Made by a program: the position numbers and the translations under genes
Notes under the pieces: generated by a model
The model's input: the letters and a program-made list of their open reading frames with translations, nothing else
Databases searched by the model: none
What the model was told of the DNA's origin: nothing
Assembly (NCBI GenBank): GCA_007693605.1
Contig: REDG01000058.1
Span: forward strand, 1 to 51,241
Direction of reading: 5' to 3'
From: Bradymonadales bacterium
GTDB lineage: Bacteria; Bdellovibrionota; UBA2394
Length of the DNA stretch: 51,241 nucleotides
Part shown: one piece after another, positions 17,346 to 26,974 of the stretch
How the letters are laid out: every line of letters starts with the position of its first letter
Position numbering within the stretch: position 1 is the stretch's first letter

Positions 17346-20123
17346 CTAGTTTTGTTCGCGGAGTCTTCTGATTTTCATCTCATAGAGTCTTAGAAAGAAT
17401 GGGTTGGCCTTGTACTGTTCCTTTTGCCACTGAAGGGCCTCAAGGAGACCACCGTCATGGGCCAGGCTCTGTTGCCAGTAGAAGGGGTGGTCGATTTTTC
17501 GCGCAAAAACCAGGTAGGTTGCCGCCCGTTGACGGTCATTCTCTGAAGCCTGAAGGGCCCTTGTCAAAATATACTTGCTGCGGTTTGAGTCTTCCTCTCG
17601 AGTCGCCTGAGAGAGAAGAATCTGAATTGGTCGGCTTAAGGCCTGACGGGGTCGCAGTCGATTTCTCCAGCGGTTGAGATGACTTCTCAAGATTGGCAGG
17701 CTTGTTGACTCTCGACAAAAATCAGACTCCTGAGTGAAGTCTGGGCTCAAAGAGAAGGCGATCTCTGAGCAATCCCTTGTTCGAGCTTCTCGTTTCTCTC
17801 TCCAGCTTTGTCTGACAGGCTCGGTTCCCTCTCGATACGCAATCAGCTCTTCTTCCGTTAATCCATCGGGCTCGGGTAACTCCGAGATCCAGGTCGACAT
17901 TCGATCTGCAATCTCTGCCCGAAGATATAAAGTCTTAGCTTGATACAGCGGCTCTGGTGAGGCATCAAAAAAATCTTTTAAACGAGAGTCCAATCGCTCG
18001 TAGCCTTGAATCTGCGCGGAGACTCGATCAGAAATCTGATCAAAAGAAATTTTCCTTAAGCCCTGCGTCCACGACCTTGCCTCTTGTTCCAATCGAGGCC
18101 ACTCCCGCGGAGTTTGAATCTCCGGAGGATTTGGGGGGTTCCAAACTCTCAAGACGCTTTTTGAGAGCTCAGAAGCTTCAGCTTCAATTCTCTTCTGACC
18201 CTCCGCTTTGCCTAAAGCCATTTCAATCATTCCCAACCGAACCCGCTGGTCTGAGTTCAGCTCCTTCTCTAGGGGATGCCAATATTGCAGTTCTCGTTCC
18301 AGATCGAGATAGTGTTCCGCTAACGCAGCACAATGAGCGAAAATCTCAGTGCCTAAGCCAAAGTCTGGGGTGTAGATATTTTGAAATGCATCGCAATGTT
18401 CTAGAGCATCTCGGCTCTCCGTTAAGAGAATGCTGTTCTTCAAAGAGACTTTGGCGACTTCTGTGTTTGGGTTCGCATCTTGAAAGATCTGAAAAAACGC
18501 CTTAGCTCGTGCAGCCGGTAGAGCCTTCGACCTGGAAACATCCTGAAATCGAAGTTCGGCAGAAAGAGTTTGAAGTTCTTCAAACAGTTTCTCCATCTCA
18601 GGAAATGGGAAGTTTCGAATCAGTTGAATCAGATAGCCTCGTAGCTCTCGAGATCCAGTCCTCTGTTGAAGGCTTCCCACAAGCATTCGTGTGAGTCTCT
18701 CGAAAACTCGCTCTGGGCTCGCTCCGAGATTTGGAGTATGGTAAATCTTGTCTTCCAGCAGCGCCTTAGCCAGTCGCTCGTAGAAAAATGCTTGGTGAGT
18801 TTCAGCATAAAGCTGGTCCAAAAATTTGAGTTCACAGCGAGCTTCTAAGCTGATGGCCGCCGCTCTTACTTCCTCTTCAGAGTCATCAGAAGATCGATTG
18901 CCCAAGATTTCCAAACACTCTCGAGCCATGTCGCGTTCGAAAAGCATTTGCGAAAAATTGACGCGAAGAGGGTTTACTCCCTCATCCAGAGGGTAGAGCT
19001 GAAAGTATTTCTGGTAGCTTAAAAATAGAATCTCAGTAATCTCTTCAGGAATTTCCTCATCCTGCTGGCCAAAGCCTTCGTAAAAGACGGCCGTATTGAA
19101 GATTTCGGCTTGAAGTGTGAGCGTCTTTGCCGCGTCCAAGGGGCGACTCGGTAGAGATCGAAGAATCCGAACCACAGCTCCATGGTCGAGTGCAGCCCGA
19201 TAGACCCGAATCCAGGTGGGGGCGGAAACTAAGAGAATCTCAAGGCTGTCTTCAATCTCCTGAGACAGAAAGAAAAAAGCATTTTGAGCCTGAGAGATCT
19301 TTCCTTTCGCGGTAAAGCCATTGATTAGTTCTTTGAGGGCTTCTTGATACAAGTCGGCTCGCTTCTCGGCATTCGGACTCACTCGTCTGGTGAGATCTTT
19401 CCATTCTTTTGCATCTTGAGCGCTGAAAACGGGTTTCTCAAAGAGTTCAAGATAGGGAATCAGTCGGTCACGAAAAGCCTGTTCTTTGATCTGTAAATGA
19501 GAATCTCCTTCTTGAAGGGAGCGGTTGAAAAAGTCTAAGGCCCTGCCGTATCTCGACTGACGAAGAGCCGTCCACGCGAGCTTATAGGCCGCTACAGATC
19601 TCCACTCTTTCGAGCTTTCAAAGACCTTGAGATAGGCTTCGTTGGCTTCTTCGAGCTTTTCTAAAGCAAAGAGGGAATCCCCTAGAGCCATAAAATCATC
19701 GGGGGTGGGTTCAGTCAGTAAACGGAAGTACTTCACCCCTTCTTCGTGCTGTCTCAGCTCGGCATGTCGAAATCCAAGTTCCCGATGAAGAGGGTCTAAG
19801 TTCAAACCAGCTCGCAGGAGCTTGTTTCTTTCCTCTTCGAGTCGATCTAAAATCTTTCGTTTGGACTCCAGAATCCACTGAAAGTCCTCTCTTCCAAACT
19901 CGGCTTCATCCTCCCTTTCTAGCTCTTCAACAATTCCGATCCAGCGAATCATCAATTGAAGTCTTCGATAGGGATCCATCTCTTGAGCAAGCTGTCTCTC
20001 TGCCGCGTCTAATGTGCTTTGGGGAATTCGAAATCGGATTTGAGCCAGAGCCGACTCACTACAAACAAAACATCCGGCTATTGTGACAAGAATGAGGAGT
20101 AGAATTTTTCTTGGTTCTAGCAT
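17346..20123 (-). CDS. Large exported TPR protein, GltD/AgmU-like
   Basis: Signal peptide; TPR motifs (AAYKLAWTALRQSRYGRALDFF); PEPDGLTEEELIAYR near the C-terminus; last gene of the Agl-Glt-like operon. Confidence 0.7.
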   Translation of the reverse strand: MLEPRKILLLILVTIAGCFVCSESALAQIRFRIPQSTLDAAERQLAQEMDPYRRLQLMIRWIGIVEELEREDEAEFGREDFQWILESKRKILDRLEEERNKLLRAGLNLDPLHRELGFRHAELRQHEEGVKYFRLLTEPTPDDFMALGDSLFALEKLEEANEAYLKVFESSKEWRSVAAYKLAWTALRQSRYGRALDFFNRSLQEGDSHLQIKEQAFRDRLIPYLELFEKPVFSAQDAKEWKDLTRRVSPNAEKRADLYQEALKELINGFTAKGKISQAQNAFFFLSQEIEDSLEILLVSAPTWIRVYRAALDHGAVVRILRSLPSRPLDAAKTLTLQAEIFNTAVFYEGFGQQDEEIPEEITEILFLSYQKYFQLYPLDEGVNPLRVNFSQMLFERDMARECLEILGNRSSDDSEEEVRAAAISLEARCELKFLDQLYAETHQAFFYERLAKALLEDKIYHTPNLGASPERVFERLTRMLVGSLQQRTGSRELRGYLIQLIRNFPFPEMEKLFEELQTLSAELRFQDVSRSKALPAARAKAFFQIFQDANPNTEVAKVSLKNSILLTESRDALEHCDAFQNIYTPDFGLGTEIFAHCAALAEHYLDLERELQYWHPLEKELNSDQRVRLGMIEMALGKAEGQKRIEAEASELSKSVLRVWNPPNPPEIQTPREWPRLEQEARSWTQGLRKISFDQISDRVSAQIQGYERLDSRLKDFFDASPEPLYQAKTLYLRAEIADRMSTWISELPEPDGLTEEELIAYREGTEPVRQSWREKREARTRDCSEIAFSLSPDFTQESDFCRESTSLPILRSHLNRWRNRLRPRQALSRPIQILLSQATREEDSNRSKYILTRALQASENDRQRAATYLVFARKIDHPFYWQQSLAHDGGLLEALQWQKEQYKANPFFLRLYEMKIRRLREQN

Positions 20124-21046
20124 TGATTCTCAATGGGAACGGAGTAACGACCAATTTCGTCTCTCCACGACTCTCCTCGTTTTGGCCACATGATTTGCGA
20201 AACAGAGGGTTTCGGCTGCCCTGGCGTTAAACGATCTCCTAGCTCAATTTCTAGCAGATCCAAATCGTTCAAAGCCGATCGAGAGTTTCTCTCGTAGACC
20301 TGAGCATACCAAGCCTCTAGTCTTTGACAGACCGTTCCTAAGTTTTGCCTGCGACACAAGACCACCCAGGGGTGATTCCGATAGTCATCGCTTTTGCCTT
20401 TCAAGGCCACTCGACCCGCAGAAATCGTTTCTAGTGCCTGTTCGTATTGACAGGCCTCCTTTTCGATCAGGGCGCGAAGAAAATATTTTTCAAAAAAGGG
20501 AACAGGATACAGAAGGGGGCTTTCAGCCGAGACAATGCTGCCCAAGGCTAAATCAAAATCTTGATTGAAAAACTGAGCCCAGGCTCTCTGTTGGTGATAC
20601 AAGGCGCGGCCCTTAAAAGCCTCTAGTACTCGGTCAAACAGCTCAAGGCTCTTCTTGTATTGTCTTTGATCAAAGAGAATTCGAGCCCAAAGCCACTGGG
20701 CCTCAGCCCAAAGTCGCGGATCGACTTCTGGGGGGCGCTCTCCTTCTAGCTTCAAACCCACGAACCAATACACAGGGGGTCGGTTCACTTGATACAGAAC
20801 GGTCGCTTGAAAAAGAGATCGAGGGCTTAGGCCTCCGGTAGGCGCACGAAAAAACTCACTTTGAAAATCAACGCCAGCAAACTGTCTGCCCTGAATCCGA
20901 GGGCAAATCGGATGGTTGAACTGAACACTCACACAGTAGTTGAACAACTCAGTCGTTGAGCGGTACCAATTGTTTGGGACCCGATCCAAGATCTCAGCCT
21001 CTGGGCTCGCGCTAAGAAAACTTAAGAAAAGAATATTAAATAGCAA
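20117..21046 (-). CDS. TPR protein, GltC-like
   Basis: TPR repeats and C-terminal WPxxGExWxDExGxY...C motif characteristic of GltC-type proteins. Confidence 0.7.
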   Translation of the reverse strand: MLFNILFLSFLSASPEAEILDRVPNNWYRSTTELFNYCVSVQFNHPICPRIQGRQFAGVDFQSEFFRAPTGGLSPRSLFQATVLYQVNRPPVYWFVGLKLEGERPPEVDPRLWAEAQWLWARILFDQRQYKKSLELFDRVLEAFKGRALYHQQRAWAQFFNQDFDLALGSIVSAESPLLYPVPFFEKYFLRALIEKEACQYEQALETISAGRVALKGKSDDYRNHPWVVLCRRQNLGTVCQRLEAWYAQVYERNSRSALNDLDLLEIELGDRLTPGQPKPSVSQIMWPKRGESWRDEIGRYSVPIENQC

Positions 21047-21698
21047 ATCCGCCTCCTACGCTGAAAAAGAGAATCTGCCTCGGAGCTTTCGAGTTGAAAC
21101 CAAAGCCCATTCCCCCGCGCAAATTCAACATCCACCGGTTGTCGATAAAGAAGCGAACCCTTGCGGCTAAGTCGACGCCATATTGTTTCTCGTGTTTCAT
21201 GTCCGAGTAAAAGGGTCCGGCCCCCACCTGCCAAAAATGATAGACGATTTGTTGATTGAACCAGTTGCTCTTGCTGTAAAGGAGATTCAAGAAAAGAGTA
21301 CTCGAAACCTTGTATCGAATGTCTTTCAATTCTTTACTTGTGGTGCCTCTATATAACTCAGTTTTATCAAGCTCCTCCTGAAGCGGATTCACGAGATTTT
21401 CAACGCTTCGATTGAGGCCGGTGTCGTGAACGAAGAGGGGATAACTAAAACGGGCCATCTCCCAAGAAAAGGAATCACTCAATTGATAAGAAGCGCCCAG
21501 TTCAATCATCAAGGGCTTGTAATAGGCATCGAGTGGCAACGAGCTGATCTCCAAATCAAAGTGAAATCTCTTGGTGAGAGAGTAGCGAGGTTCGTCCAAG
21601 ACTTGAACAAACTCAAACTCATCCTGTGCAAAAGAATTGGAGAGGGGAAAGGCGGCGCATACAAACAAGGTCATGACCAGAGAGTGTAGAATTTTCAT
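21036..21698 (-). CDS. Outer-membrane beta-barrel, myxobacterial GltA/GltB/GltH-like
   Basis: Signal peptide; VQVLDEPRYSLTKRFHF...PLDAYY N-terminal signature; amphipathic strands. Confidence 0.7.
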   Translation of the reverse strand: MKILHSLVMTLFVCAAFPLSNSFAQDEFEFVQVLDEPRYSLTKRFHFDLEISSLPLDAYYKPLMIELGASYQLSDSFSWEMARFSYPLFVHDTGLNRSVENLVNPLQEELDKTELYRGTTSKELKDIRYKVSSTLFLNLLYSKSNWFNQQIVYHFWQVGAGPFYSDMKHEKQYGVDLAARVRFFIDNRWMLNLRGGMGFGFNSKAPRQILFFSVGGGFAI

Positions 21699-21707
21699 GT
21701 CCCTAGT

Positions 21708-22997
21708 TTAGCTGCCTAAGGGGCTGAAAACAAAAGGATATTTTACATTCACAATTCCGCCCCCTCTAGGCTCAGGAAAGTTCCAGCTTGCGATTCTTTC
21801 ATGAATGCACTGTTGGAGGGATGCCTGCGTGAGGTCTTGCGAATTCATCTTTAGGTTAGAAACCCGCCCATCGGCATTGATCGTCCAGGAGGTCTCAATC
21901 TTTCCGGCAAGGCCGGGCTCGTTTCGAAGCGCAGACTCATAGCAGCGTCGCACCTGCGTGAGTCGCTCCTCAATGATCTGCTGCACGAGAGCGGGGTCAA
22001 GACCACCTCTCACCTCTACTTCTCTACGGATCAGGCGCAGATTCGCTGAGGCTTGACCGTCAAGGTCTGAGCCAATGTCTCCGGCAACATAGGCCCCTGA
22101 CGAGAGTCCTGATAAACTCGCGAGTGACTGACGGCCGGTCTGAACCTCAACGCCTAAACTTGCCCTTTGCACGCTTACACCTCGAGCAGACTCGTCCGAG
22201 CTGGCGTCCGTCACTCTTGCGCGGTCAATCGCCGTTCTCGAAGAGTCCGACTGTGGGGTCGCCTGAAGGGCGAGTAAGCCCATCGACTGAAGATCCTGCT
22301 TTCGACTCTCTCCACTCGCAGCCTGCCCCGCTGCTTGTTGCTGAGTTCTCGGTGGGGCAGCGACAGAGCGTCTTGCGGTAGTTTGAGGTCTTTCGGCCTG
22401 GGGTTTTGGCGTGTCAAGCTCAACCGGTTTGGGCTCTTGCTCTACGGGTGTTGGCTCAGGCTTAAAGATCTCTTCAATCTGAACGAGGCTAATCGCTTGG
22501 ATATCAAGTGCTTCGTCCTGAGTTTGGAAGAGAGACCACAGCCATTGCAAGCTGAAGATCATCAAGAAAAGACTCAAATGGAACCCAAAGGAGATTCCGA
22601 ACGAATCCCTCCAGCTCTTCTGAGCAAGAGGGTCGTTAGAAAGTCGCTCCTTCGAGAGCGTCAGCGGCAAGACTTTTTCAAGGCTGAACTCAATGTTTTC
22701 AACGGTCCATCGACAGTCGCCGCTCGCAATAAACTCTGAGCCTTGGTAAAGCTTGCTGTTCCAATCCTTGTTTTTCTGAAAGTTTCCGGTGAGGCTCGAC
22801 CGAACTTCTTCTGACAGGTTGATGACCGGTTTGCCTCTTTTGATTCTAACAATGGGGTGGCGTGAGGGAATGCTGACGCTCTGGATGCAAACATCGTTGG
22901 CCGTATCATCTCCGGCAAAGACCTGGCCTTGACGACTAAGGTCGAAGTCCTGCGAGAGGCCTTCTAGAGTTCTAATGCTGAGACGCCACTGATTCAA
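21708..22997 (-). CDS. AgmX/PglI (GltG-like) TonB-like energy transducer
   Basis: Degenerate FHA-like N-terminus, TM with SxxxH motif (SFGFH), Pro-rich linker, C-terminal GGLD...VRRCYE...LAGKI...C...WNFPEPRGGG...YPFVF domain. Confidence 0.85.
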   Translation of the reverse strand: MNQWRLSIRTLEGLSQDFDLSRQGQVFAGDDTANDVCIQSVSIPSRHPIVRIKRGKPVINLSEEVRSSLTGNFQKNKDWNSKLYQGSEFIASGDCRWTVENIEFSLEKVLPLTLSKERLSNDPLAQKSWRDSFGISFGFHLSLFLMIFSLQWLWSLFQTQDEALDIQAISLVQIEEIFKPEPTPVEQEPKPVELDTPKPQAERPQTTARRSVAAPPRTQQQAAGQAASGESRKQDLQSMGLLALQATPQSDSSRTAIDRARVTDASSDESARGVSVQRASLGVEVQTGRQSLASLSGLSSGAYVAGDIGSDLDGQASANLRLIRREVEVRGGLDPALVQQIIEERLTQVRRCYESALRNEPGLAGKIETSWTINADGRVSNLKMNSQDLTQASLQQCIHERIASWNFPEPRGGGIVNVKYPFVFSPLGS

Positions 22998-23015
22998 AAA
23001 ATCCTCACTGAGTTC

Positions 23016-23258
23016 TTAAAATCCAAGTTCGTTGTAGTCTCTTAAACCAAATTTGAGCCGCTCCTCTAAAAGACTGCTGGCGGTCGGGGCATTCATTTTC
23101 ATGACGAAGAAGGCCGGAGGGAGTTGAGACTCACCGTCCACCTGTGATCCGGCCAGATCAATATTCGTCTCTTGTTGGTAGACAATCTGCTTTTCCACCA
23201 CGGTCTCGACCGTCGGGCTTACCGGAAGCATCATGCTAAGAAAGATATATGAGATCAT
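23016..23258 (-). CDS. Small GltF/CglF-like protein
   Basis: IVYQQETNIDL...VDGE..LP...SLLEERLKF resembles the CglF/GltF pattern; located next to the GltG-like gene. Confidence 0.6.
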   Translation of the reverse strand: MISYIFLSMMLPVSPTVETVVEKQIVYQQETNIDLAGSQVDGESQLPPAFFVMKMNAPTASSLLEERLKFGLRDYNELGF

Positions 23259-23692
23259 GGCTTGTTCTCCTCTTGCGTTAAAAAGTAAATTTCTGAAAAT
23301 CCTGATGCGCTGAGATGCCCAATGGTTCGATCAATGAGTCGATAGGGTGTGGATTGATCGGCAATCAGCAGTCCCGCAGTTTCTCGGCTATCTCTCTTAA
23401 ACTCTTGCAGCTGGGCTTCGACTTGTCCCCAGGCTTGAGGGTTGTTGAGTTCAATTCGAACACCATTCATCGAGACATAGGTTTCTGTGACTTCCACTTG
23501 TAGAGTAGGCAGTCTAGAGAGTTTAAAGTCTTCTTGAGGCAGTTCAATCTGTTCGCTTTTCTGGATGCGAGACTGCTCGGGCGCATAGCTCACAATCAAG
23601 AAGATCAGAATCACCGTGAACATATCAATCATGGGCGTGATCATCAAAGAGGCGCTCATGGGTCGTCTGGACTTTCTTCGTTTAAGAGCCAT
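23255..23692 (-). CDS. ExbD/TolR family protein (AglQ/AglS-like)
   Basis: LMITPMIDMFTVILIFL TM with the conserved Asp; IADQSTPY motif. Confidence 0.9.
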   Translation of the reverse strand: MALKRRKSRRPMSASLMITPMIDMFTVILIFLIVSYAPEQSRIQKSEQIELPQEDFKLSRLPTLQVEVTETYVSMNGVRIELNNPQAWGQVEAQLQEFKRDSRETAGLLIADQSTPYRLIDRTIGHLSASGFSEIYFLTQEENKP

Positions 23693-24171
23693 TATCGAAC
23701 GACCTCCGTCGCTAAAACAAGTTTACCTAGACCCTCTGTCTTTCTAAGTTGAGCGAGAACAGCGACTGCATCTTTGTATGCGCTCTCTCCGCCCACACGA
23801 AATAGAGTGGAGTCAATTGAGCTGTGCTCCTCAACAAGTTTTTCAAGCCCCTGACTCAGAGCATTCAAGTCATGCAGGGCAAATCGCAGGTCGACTCCCT
23901 CCAGTCGATTTTGAAAGGATCGAGTATAGGCACTAATCTGAACCGCTTCTGGGCTTACTTGAACGATGAGTTGAACGCTGGGATTTGGTTCAGTGCTCTC
24001 TGCCTTCTTTTCGGTTTGGCTTGGTGTTTCTGCATCGATCGCCCCCAACTGCACGAAGGCGGCAGACATGAGCAAGAAGGGAATGAGGCAAACAAAAAGA
24101 TTCATCACAGGAATCAAATTGAGTTCCCCCGTTGTCTCTAGTCTTTTGCCGCGATCTTGTCGTCTTCTCAT
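23692..24171 (-). CDS. ExbD/TolR family protein, second copy
   Basis: ELNLIPVMNLFVCLIPFLL TM; Asn at the usual Asp position. Confidence 0.85.
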   Translation of the reverse strand: MRRRQDRGKRLETTGELNLIPVMNLFVCLIPFLLMSAAFVQLGAIDAETPSQTEKKAESTEPNPSVQLIVQVSPEAVQISAYTRSFQNRLEGVDLRFALHDLNALSQGLEKLVEEHSSIDSTLFRVGGESAYKDAVAVLAQLRKTEGLGKLVLATEVVR

Positions 24172-24188
24172 GGTTTTTATTCCTGTTA

Positions 24189-24950
24189 TCAGGAGGTCTT
24201 GAGGGCTTCCGTTTGAGCTAAGGCTTTCTTTTCAGGTGAGCTTTTCAGGTTCGATTCTACTGTGTCGAGTAGAGGAACTTCGCCACGAGATTTCAGCCTT
24301 TGAATCAACTGTTTTAAAGAGGTCGCATAGTGATCGATATCGTCAATCAACTGATTCGCTCGATTTGACAGATACATATGGGCCAAGAGAGTGGGGATGG
24401 CAACAATAAGACCGAAGGCCGTCGTGTACATCGCAATTCCGATACCGCTGGCCAGAGCCTCTTCTTTTGTGATTCCTATCAACTCACCACCGACGGCTGA
24501 GAAGGCGTGAATCAATCCAGAGATTGTTCCCAACAGTCCCACAAGAGTGGCCACATTCGCAAAAGTGGAAAGGTAATTGAGTCGCTCGCTCAGTTTTGGC
24601 ACATAGTAGAGGGTTTGAGATTCCATCGCCGTTTCCATTTCTTCGATCGACTGATCGGCATGGGCAAGTCCGGCGCCCAAGACTTGAGCCAGGGGAACGC
24701 TGGAGTTCTGTCGACAGATCTCTTGAGCGCGCCGCCAGTCTTTGGCCGTAATGTATTTCTTTACATCGTTAAAGAGTCTTCGACCGTCAATTCCGAATCG
24801 CAATCGAAAGCTAAAGTATCTTTCGAGAGCGATGATCATCGCGGCGACGCTAATTCCGAGCAGTATCCACATAAAGACACCGCCCTTTAAAAAGAATCCT
24901 ATTAAGCCGATTTCGGCGAACTCGAGCACTTGGGTTGGACTATCCATCAC
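24189..24950 (-). CDS. MotA/TolQ/ExbB proton-channel family protein (AglR-like)
   Basis: GGVFMW, ATLVGLLGTISGLI, GIGIAMYTTAFGLIVAIP motifs; SD upstream. Confidence 0.92.
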   Translation of the reverse strand: MMDSPTQVLEFAEIGLIGFFLKGGVFMWILLGISVAAMIIALERYFSFRLRFGIDGRRLFNDVKKYITAKDWRRAQEICRQNSSVPLAQVLGAGLAHADQSIEEMETAMESQTLYYVPKLSERLNYLSTFANVATLVGLLGTISGLIHAFSAVGGELIGITKEEALASGIGIAMYTTAFGLIVAIPTLLAHMYLSNRANQLIDDIDHYATSLKQLIQRLKSRGEVPLLDTVESNLKSSPEKKALAQTEALKTS

Positions 24951-25208
24951 TGATCCTTCCTTTCCTTCTCCTCCTATATATACAAGTCTCGTACCGCTTT
25001 GAGCCCTTCGGGTGGGGGCTTGAAATGACTCTGTTTTTCTTCATTTTTCGGCAGCTGACAAAATTTGACCTCCCAGTTCTGTCCGATTGAGGCTAAGAGC
25101 TCTGGCATTTTTGCCCGACTGAGGAGTAAGCCTTGGGGGCAGGTCAGAGGCGGCAGCCCCCGGGCTTTTTACTAGTCATTTGAGGGGGCCTGAGGTGCAA
25201 TGTGAGGA

Positions 25209-26198
25209 ATGGCTCTTCTTTTTGTGGATGATGCAACGACGGCCAGTCAGAGGCTTTGGGCTATGACCAGTTCATTGGACTTTCGGCATCGGAAGCGAAT
25301 CAAGCTGTCGGCCCTTAGGGGCTCTATGAAGAGGGTCGCGTCTTGGAAGGCGCGATTTAGGCTGGCGATTCTTCCTTGGCAGCCTGAGGACAGTCTGGAA
25401 ATTGGCACGGAGCTGCGAGAGCGTCCCGCTTTCAAGAGCCTTCCGTTCTTGTTTTACAAGGCAGGCAAGTTCAAAGCCCAAGAGCTCGCCAGCCTCGAAG
25501 TCTTGGGTCTTTATCATGTTTTAAGCGGGTCTTGGTCAGATGCAGAGTTGAAGTTGCAGCTCTCCTTTGTTTATGAGTTGCAAAAGAAAATCGACTTTCT
25601 GCAGATCTCTGAAGAGCACTGGCATGAAACGGCGATGTTACTGCGAGAGATGAATCAACAACTTGAGGCTCTCTCTAATGTCGATCCCCTGACGAATCTT
25701 TCCAATCGGCGACATTTTGATGATGTCCTTCAGGTGGAGTGGAAGAGAGCCATGCGACATGGCGCTGCTTTGAGCATTCTGATGATTGATATCGATCATT
25801 TCAAACGCTTTAACGACGACTATGGTCACTTGGCGGGGGATGATTGCCTTCAGCAAGTGGCTGGGGCTCTCAGGCAACAGCTAAGGCGACCTGCCGATCT
25901 CTTGGCCCGTTATGGAGGAGAAGAGTTCATCGTCCTTTTGCCGCAGACCGAAGAGGCTGGGGCGAGAGTGGTGGCAGAGAGTCTTCGAAAACTGGTCGAA
26001 AGCTTGAAGATCGAATCCGGCGGTGAGGCGCTGAAGCGTTCTGTTACGGTGAGTATTGGCGTCGCCAGCTGGACCCCTCAAAAGGGAGATCGCCCTGAAC
26101 TCTTGGTTCAAGCGGCTGACGACGCCCTTTATCGAGCAAAGGAGGGGGGGCGAAATCGAGTGGAATCAATGCCAGTCCCTAGCAAAGATAGCCGCTAG
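25209..26198 (+). CDS. Diguanylate cyclase with degenerate receiver-like N-terminus
   Basis: [21 protein letters not shown]-site, [21 protein letters not shown]. Confidence 0.93.
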   Translation: MALLFVDDATTASQRLWAMTSSLDFRHRKRIKLSALRGSMKRVASWKARFRLAILPWQPEDSLEIGTELRERPAFKSLPFLFYKAGKFKAQELASLEVLGLYHVLSGSWSDAELKLQLSFVYELQKKIDFLQISEEHWHETAMLLREMNQQLEALSNVDPLTNLSNRRHFDDVLQVEWKRAMRHGAALSILMIDIDHFKRFNDDYGHLAGDDCLQQVAGALRQQLRRPADLLARYGGEEFIVLLPQTEEAGARVVAESLRKLVESLKIESGGEALKRSVTVSIGVASWTPQKGDRPELLVQAADDALYRAKEGGRNRVESMPVPSKDSR

Positions 26199-26308
26199 GG
26201 GCGTCAGAAAAGAGCTTGGGGCAAGGGCCTTTGGCCCTGCACAAGCCTCTTAAATTTTTTGGAAATCAGGCTAGATTTTTGGATCGAAGGGCGTTAGCTT
26301 CCGCTTCT

Positions 26309-26488
26309 ATGGCAAAGAAAGGGAAGAAAAGAATTATTACTTTGGAGTGTACCGAGGCTCGTGAACAGGGAAAGCCACCCTCTCGTTATACGACAACCAA
26401 AAATCCAACGAATATCCCTCATCGCTTGGAAAAGAAGATGTACAACCCTTTCTTGCGTCGTCACAGTCTTCACCGAGAGATTAAGTAA
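26309..26488 (+). CDS. rpmG: 50S ribosomal protein L33 (no complete zinc-ribbon)
   Basis: [16 protein letters not shown]...SRYTTTKN...[21 protein letters not shown]. Confidence 0.95.
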   Translation: MAKKGKKRIITLECTEAREQGKPPSRYTTTKNPTNIPHRLEKKMYNPFLRRHSLHREIK

Positions 26489-26702
26489 GACAACTGCAGA
26501 CTCCCGCCTTTGAAGTTCCTTCGAATCTCAAGCAGATTCTTTCTCTTTTTTAAACTTGTCGCTCTGGGAGTCCGAAGTCTTTCAAATGAGTGCCGCAACT
26601 TTTTGTGGCGCATTGAGACAAAAGTAAATTTTTTCAAAACTTAGAAACGAATGCCGCCAAGCTCTAGGTTTTCTCGATGCTATGACCAATGACGCTTCTG
26701 CG

Positions 26703-26732
26703 TTGACAGTTTTTTAGAGAGAAAGATAGCGT
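26703..26732 (+). promoter_or_regulatory. Probable sigma70 promoter of nrdAB
   Basis: TTGACA (26703-26708), 18-nt spacer, TAGCGT (26727-26732). Confidence 0.5.
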
Positions 26733-26974
26733 GAAAGATGAGGACGATGTGTTTGCGCCAGTCAGCATCAGAGAGGCTTGTAGATCAAAGCAAGTTCTCT
26801 GCGCTTCAGGCTCTCGCCACGAAAGGGTGGGGCAAAACTAACAGCAACAGCTTGTTAGTAAGAAGCGATCGGTGGGGGAGGAAATCACCAGCTCAGTCGG
26901 ATAGGTCTGTATAGTCTGTCCCCGGGTCAGTGGTTCCCTTTAGAGGAAGAAGAATTTTTTACGAAGGAGGCGGA

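Noticed and set aside
25135..25162. SRP RNA-like motif (GGCAGG...GCAGCC)
   Set aside because: No GNRA-capped apical stem, AGCA reads GGCA, and the hairpin is too short.
26733..26974. Cobalamin riboswitch or NrdR boxes upstream of nrdA
   Set aside because: No GGGAA/ACUG/B12-box pattern and no convincing NrdR palindrome.
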